From Azolla caroliniana (Eukaryota > Plantae > Polypodiophyta): DNA of 64,000 nucleotides. The notes under the pieces are model-generated. The model was not told the DNA's origin. It did not search any database and was given only the letters and a program-made list of their open reading frames with translations. Location of the stretch: NCBI GenBank assembly GCA_043228905.1, contig JBHGNT010000113.1, forward strand, positions 18,064 through 82,063. The letters are read 5' to 3'. The position numbers and the translations under genes are program-made. Shown piece after piece: positions 60,701-64,000 of the stretch (position 1 is the stretch's first letter; each line of letters opens with the position of its first letter).

Positions 60701-61486
60701 ATGGCAAAGCTTACTTCCGTATTCCTCATGGCCGTGATCATGCTCGCCGCGTGTACCGCGGCCAATGCTAGGTCTGTAGGGCGGGACCGTGAAGAGGAGC
60801 GACGCGATCGACGTCGTGAGGGAGACATTGACGAGGAGAGGCGCGACCGACGCCGAGAGGGGGAGTGCGATGACGAGAGGCGCGAGCGACGTCGTGAGGG
60901 GTTCCTTGAGGAGGGGCGCCGCTACAGAGACAACAAGAGAGACTCCGAAGAGGAAAGGGAACGTCGTAGCCGTGGTCGCGATGAGCCACGTGACGAGGAA
61001 CTGAGGCGAGAGTGCGGTGATTTCATCGACAAGCAGATCCGAGAGCTACAAGAGCGCTCCGAAAGAGAGGAAGGTGAACAAGGACGTCGCTCCCCATGGA
61101 TCGAAAACACTCGATACTCAAGACCCTCGGAACGGTGCTGCAGGAACGTCGAACGAATCCCCGCCGAAGATCGATGCGATCGCCTACGTGATGCCTTGTA
61201 TGCTGACGAGGAGGAACGACGCAATGATGAAGGCCGACGCCATGGCCAACAATCAAGGGAACACCGTAGCTGGGAGGAAGAGGACGAGGAGCGCGAGAGA
61301 GATAGCAGCCGTGAGCGACGAGAGGGTGACGAACGCCGCCACCGCATGTCTCGACGACAAGAGGACGAACGTCAACAACGTCGCCAATTCAAGGCCGATG
61401 ACGAGGAAAGAGCTCTAGGCGTCGCCGCCTCCCGCCTACTCCAACAGTGCGATCTTCGCCCTCGTGCTTGTATTCGTCGCTTCTAA
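60701..61486 (+). CDS. 2S-albumin-like storage protein (copy 33)
   Basis: Intact 261-aa ORF, consensus protein. Confidence 0.85.
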   Translation: MAKLTSVFLMAVIMLAACTAANARSVGRDREEERRDRRREGDIDEERRDRRREGECDDERRERRREGFLEEGRRYRDNKRDSEEERERRSRGRDEPRDEELRRECGDFIDKQIRELQERSEREEGEQGRRSPWIENTRYSRPSERCCRNVERIPAEDRCDRLRDALYADEEERRNDEGRRHGQQSREHRSWEEEDEERERDSSRERREGDERRHRMSRRQEDERQQRRQFKADDEERALGVAASRLLQQCDLRPRACIRRF

Positions 61487-62349
61487 ATAGTACATAAACC
61501 TTGTTCAAATTATTCTCGTGGTCTCTCTCTAATTTCTCGTAAGTGTTTACGAACAAGTGCGTCTCCCCAATCGCGCATTACACCCACACGAACGTAAACA
61601 CGAGCACCAACGTCCCTCCAACACGAACGTAAACACGACCACCAACGTATAGAATTTGCCTATAGGGGACCGCAAACCACCCAAACGGAAAAAAAATATC
61701 AAAGCAGAACACCCATACCGCACACGCCACGGCAACGGCTAAGGTCAACTTGTACACGCGGCGAATGTGAACTTGCTTCCACACTTGCCCGATAGGACAC
61801 TCCTAGTGTGGTAGTCCGGTTAGCTTTCCTTGTCGTCGTCGTTACCAACCCCTCGTCCGAACGAGCGAGTACGGACACCGGTCTATCTACGTTCATCGAT
61901 GTAGCACACTCGGGAGCCACCACTCGTCCCGCAGTAGCCTCCGCGTGCTTAGTGTCTCGGCACTAGCGCGTGCTAGTTTAATGTGCACGTGCCCGCACAC
62001 CCCTACGCGCACGCGCGAGTGCGCACATCTACCTACGTATGTATAAATGTTATGTTGCTCGACAAGCTCTCGCGCGAGGAGGAGGAGGAGTACCCGCCAC
62101 AGGTTGCGCCCAGATTGTCTGGTGACAATACGACACCTAGGACTAGCCTAGACGTGTGGGAGGGTGGACTAGTTGGTATGGGTCTTGGGCAAGAGTTGTA
62201 CGCAGGGACACACACGTTATGGTAATGGGAGTGGTGAGTGACATGCATGTGCTCTGATTGCATGGCCATGTGTATATATTAAAGGTGGAGGGAGCAATGT
62301 CAATACAATCCATTAGGAGACAAGCACCGGGATCATAAGGACAATCGCA

Positions 62350-63135
62350 ATGGCAAAGCTTACTTCCGTATTCCTCATGGCCGTGATCATGCTCGCCGCG
62401 TGTACCGCGGCCAATGCTAGGTCTGTAGGGCGGGACCGTGAAGAGGAGCGACGCGATCGACGTCGTGAGGGAGACATTGACGAGGAGAGGCGCGACCGAC
62501 GCCGAGAGGGGGAGTGCGATGACGAGAGGCGCGAGCGACGTCGTGAGGGGTTCCTTGAGGAGGGGCGCCGCTACAGAGACAACAAGAGAGACTCCGAAGA
62601 GGAAAGGGAACGTCGTAGCCGTGGTCGCGATGAGCCACGTGACGAGGAACTGAGGCGAGAGTGCGGTGATTTCATCGACAAGCAGATCCGAGAGCTACAA
62701 GAGCGCTCCGAAAGAGAGGAAGGTGAACAAGGACGTCGCTCCCCATGGATCGAAAACACTCGATACTCAAGACCCTCGGAACGGTGCTGCAGGAACGTCG
62801 AACGAATCCCCGCCGAAGATCGATGCGATCGCCTACGTGATGCCTTGTATGCTGACGAGGAGGAACGACGCAATGATGAAGGCCGACGCCATGGCCAACA
62901 ATCAAGGGAACACCGTAGCTGGGAGGAAGAGGACGAGGAGCGCGAGAGAGATAGCAGCCGTGAGCGACGAGAGGGTGACGAACGCCGCCACCGCATGTCT
63001 CGACGACAAGAGGACGAACGTCAACAACGTCGCCAATTCAAGGCCGATGACGAGGAAAGAGCTCTAGGCGTCGCCGCCTCCCGCCTACTCCAACAGTGCG
63101 ATCTTCGCCCTCGTGCTTGTATTCGTCGCTTCTAA
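62350..63135 (+). CDS. 2S-albumin-like storage protein (copy 34)
   Basis: Intact 261-aa ORF, consensus protein. Confidence 0.85.
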   Translation: MAKLTSVFLMAVIMLAACTAANARSVGRDREEERRDRRREGDIDEERRDRRREGECDDERRERRREGFLEEGRRYRDNKRDSEEERERRSRGRDEPRDEELRRECGDFIDKQIRELQERSEREEGEQGRRSPWIENTRYSRPSERCCRNVERIPAEDRCDRLRDALYADEEERRNDEGRRHGQQSREHRSWEEEDEERERDSSRERREGDERRHRMSRRQEDERQQRRQFKADDEERALGVAASRLLQQCDLRPRACIRRF

Positions 63136-64000
63136 ATAGTACATAAACCTTGTTCAAATTATTCTCGTGGTCTCTCTCTAATTTCTCGTAAGTGTTTACG
63201 AACAAGTGCGTCTCCCCAATCGCGCATTACACCCACACGAACGTAAACACGAGCACCAACGTCCCTCCAACACGAACGTAAACACGACCACCAACGTATA
63301 GAATTTGCCTATAGGGGACCGCAAACCACCCAAACGGAAAAAAAATATCAAAGCAGAACACCCATACCGCACACGCCACGGCAACGGCTAAGGTCAACTT
63401 GTACACGCGGCGAATGTGAACTTGCTTCCACACTTGCCCGATAGGACACTCCTAGTGTGGTAGTCCGGTTAGCTTTCCTTGTCGTCGTCGTTACCAACCC
63501 CTCGTCCGAACGAGCGAGTACGGACACCGGTCTATCTACGTTCATCGATGTAGCACACTCGGGAGCCACCACTCGTCCCGCAGTAGCCTCCGCGTGCTTA
63601 GTGTCTCGGCACTAGCGCGTGCTAGTTTAATGTGCACGTGCCCGCACACCCCTACGCGCACGCGCGAGTGCGCACATCTACCTACGTATGTATAAATGTT
63701 ATGTTGCTCGACAAGCTCTCGCGCGAGGAGGAGGAGGAGTACCCGCCACAGGTTGCGCCCAGATTGTCTGGTGACAATACGACACCTAGGACTAGCCTAG
63801 ACGTGTGGGAGGGTGGACTAGTTGGTATGGGTCTTGGGCAAGAGTTGTACGCAGGGACACACACGTTATGGTAATGGGAGTGGTGAGTGACATGCATGTG
63901 CTCTGATTGCATGGCCATGTGTATATATTAAAGGTGGAGGGAGCAATGTCAATACAATCCATTAGGAGACAAGCACCGGGATCATAAGGACAATCGCAAT

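Larger units (their letters stand above)
1..64000 (+). repeat. Head-to-tail tandem gene array, unit 1643 or 1649 bp (one of 1648), about 35 units, interrupted once by an LTR retrotransposon; extends beyond both window edges
   Basis: The same 261-aa ORF starts at 972, 2615, 4264, 5913 ... 62350 with spacings of 1643/1649 bp; spacers are near-identical; the window begins in frame inside a copy and ends at the AT of the next ATG (63999-64000). Confidence 0.99.

Noticed and set aside
1-64000. Array as a concatemer or rolling-circle sequencing artefact
   Set aside because: Units carry position-structured shared SNPs, two indel haplotypes and a TE with a perfect TSD; exact copy number still needs read support.

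Overview
Land-plant DNA (host not determinable; the protein resembles fern/gymnosperm storage albumins). Almost the whole window is one head-to-tail tandem array of a 1643/1649-bp unit that runs off both ends. Each unit carries an intronless 786-bp gene for a 261-aa secreted, Arg/Glu-rich protein with a reduced 2S-albumin (prolamin superfamily) cysteine skeleton, behind a promoter with RY (CATGCATG), G-box/ABRE-like and TATA motifs. There are 34 gene copies with both ends inside the window: 30 intact, two nonsense alleles, one frameshift and one transposon-disrupted, plus partial copies at each edge. Units differ only by scattered SNPs and one two-state indel. Copy 31 is split by an intact 7017-bp Ty3/gypsy chromovirus (50678-57694, minus strand). 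It has two 455-bp LTRs with no difference I could find, a 5-bp TSD (ACGAG), a tRNA-Met-type PBS, a PPT and a single 1477-aa gag-pol ORF. Its oddities are TG...TA termini and a 1.7-kb leader holding a candidate intron and five regularly spaced palindromic motifs.
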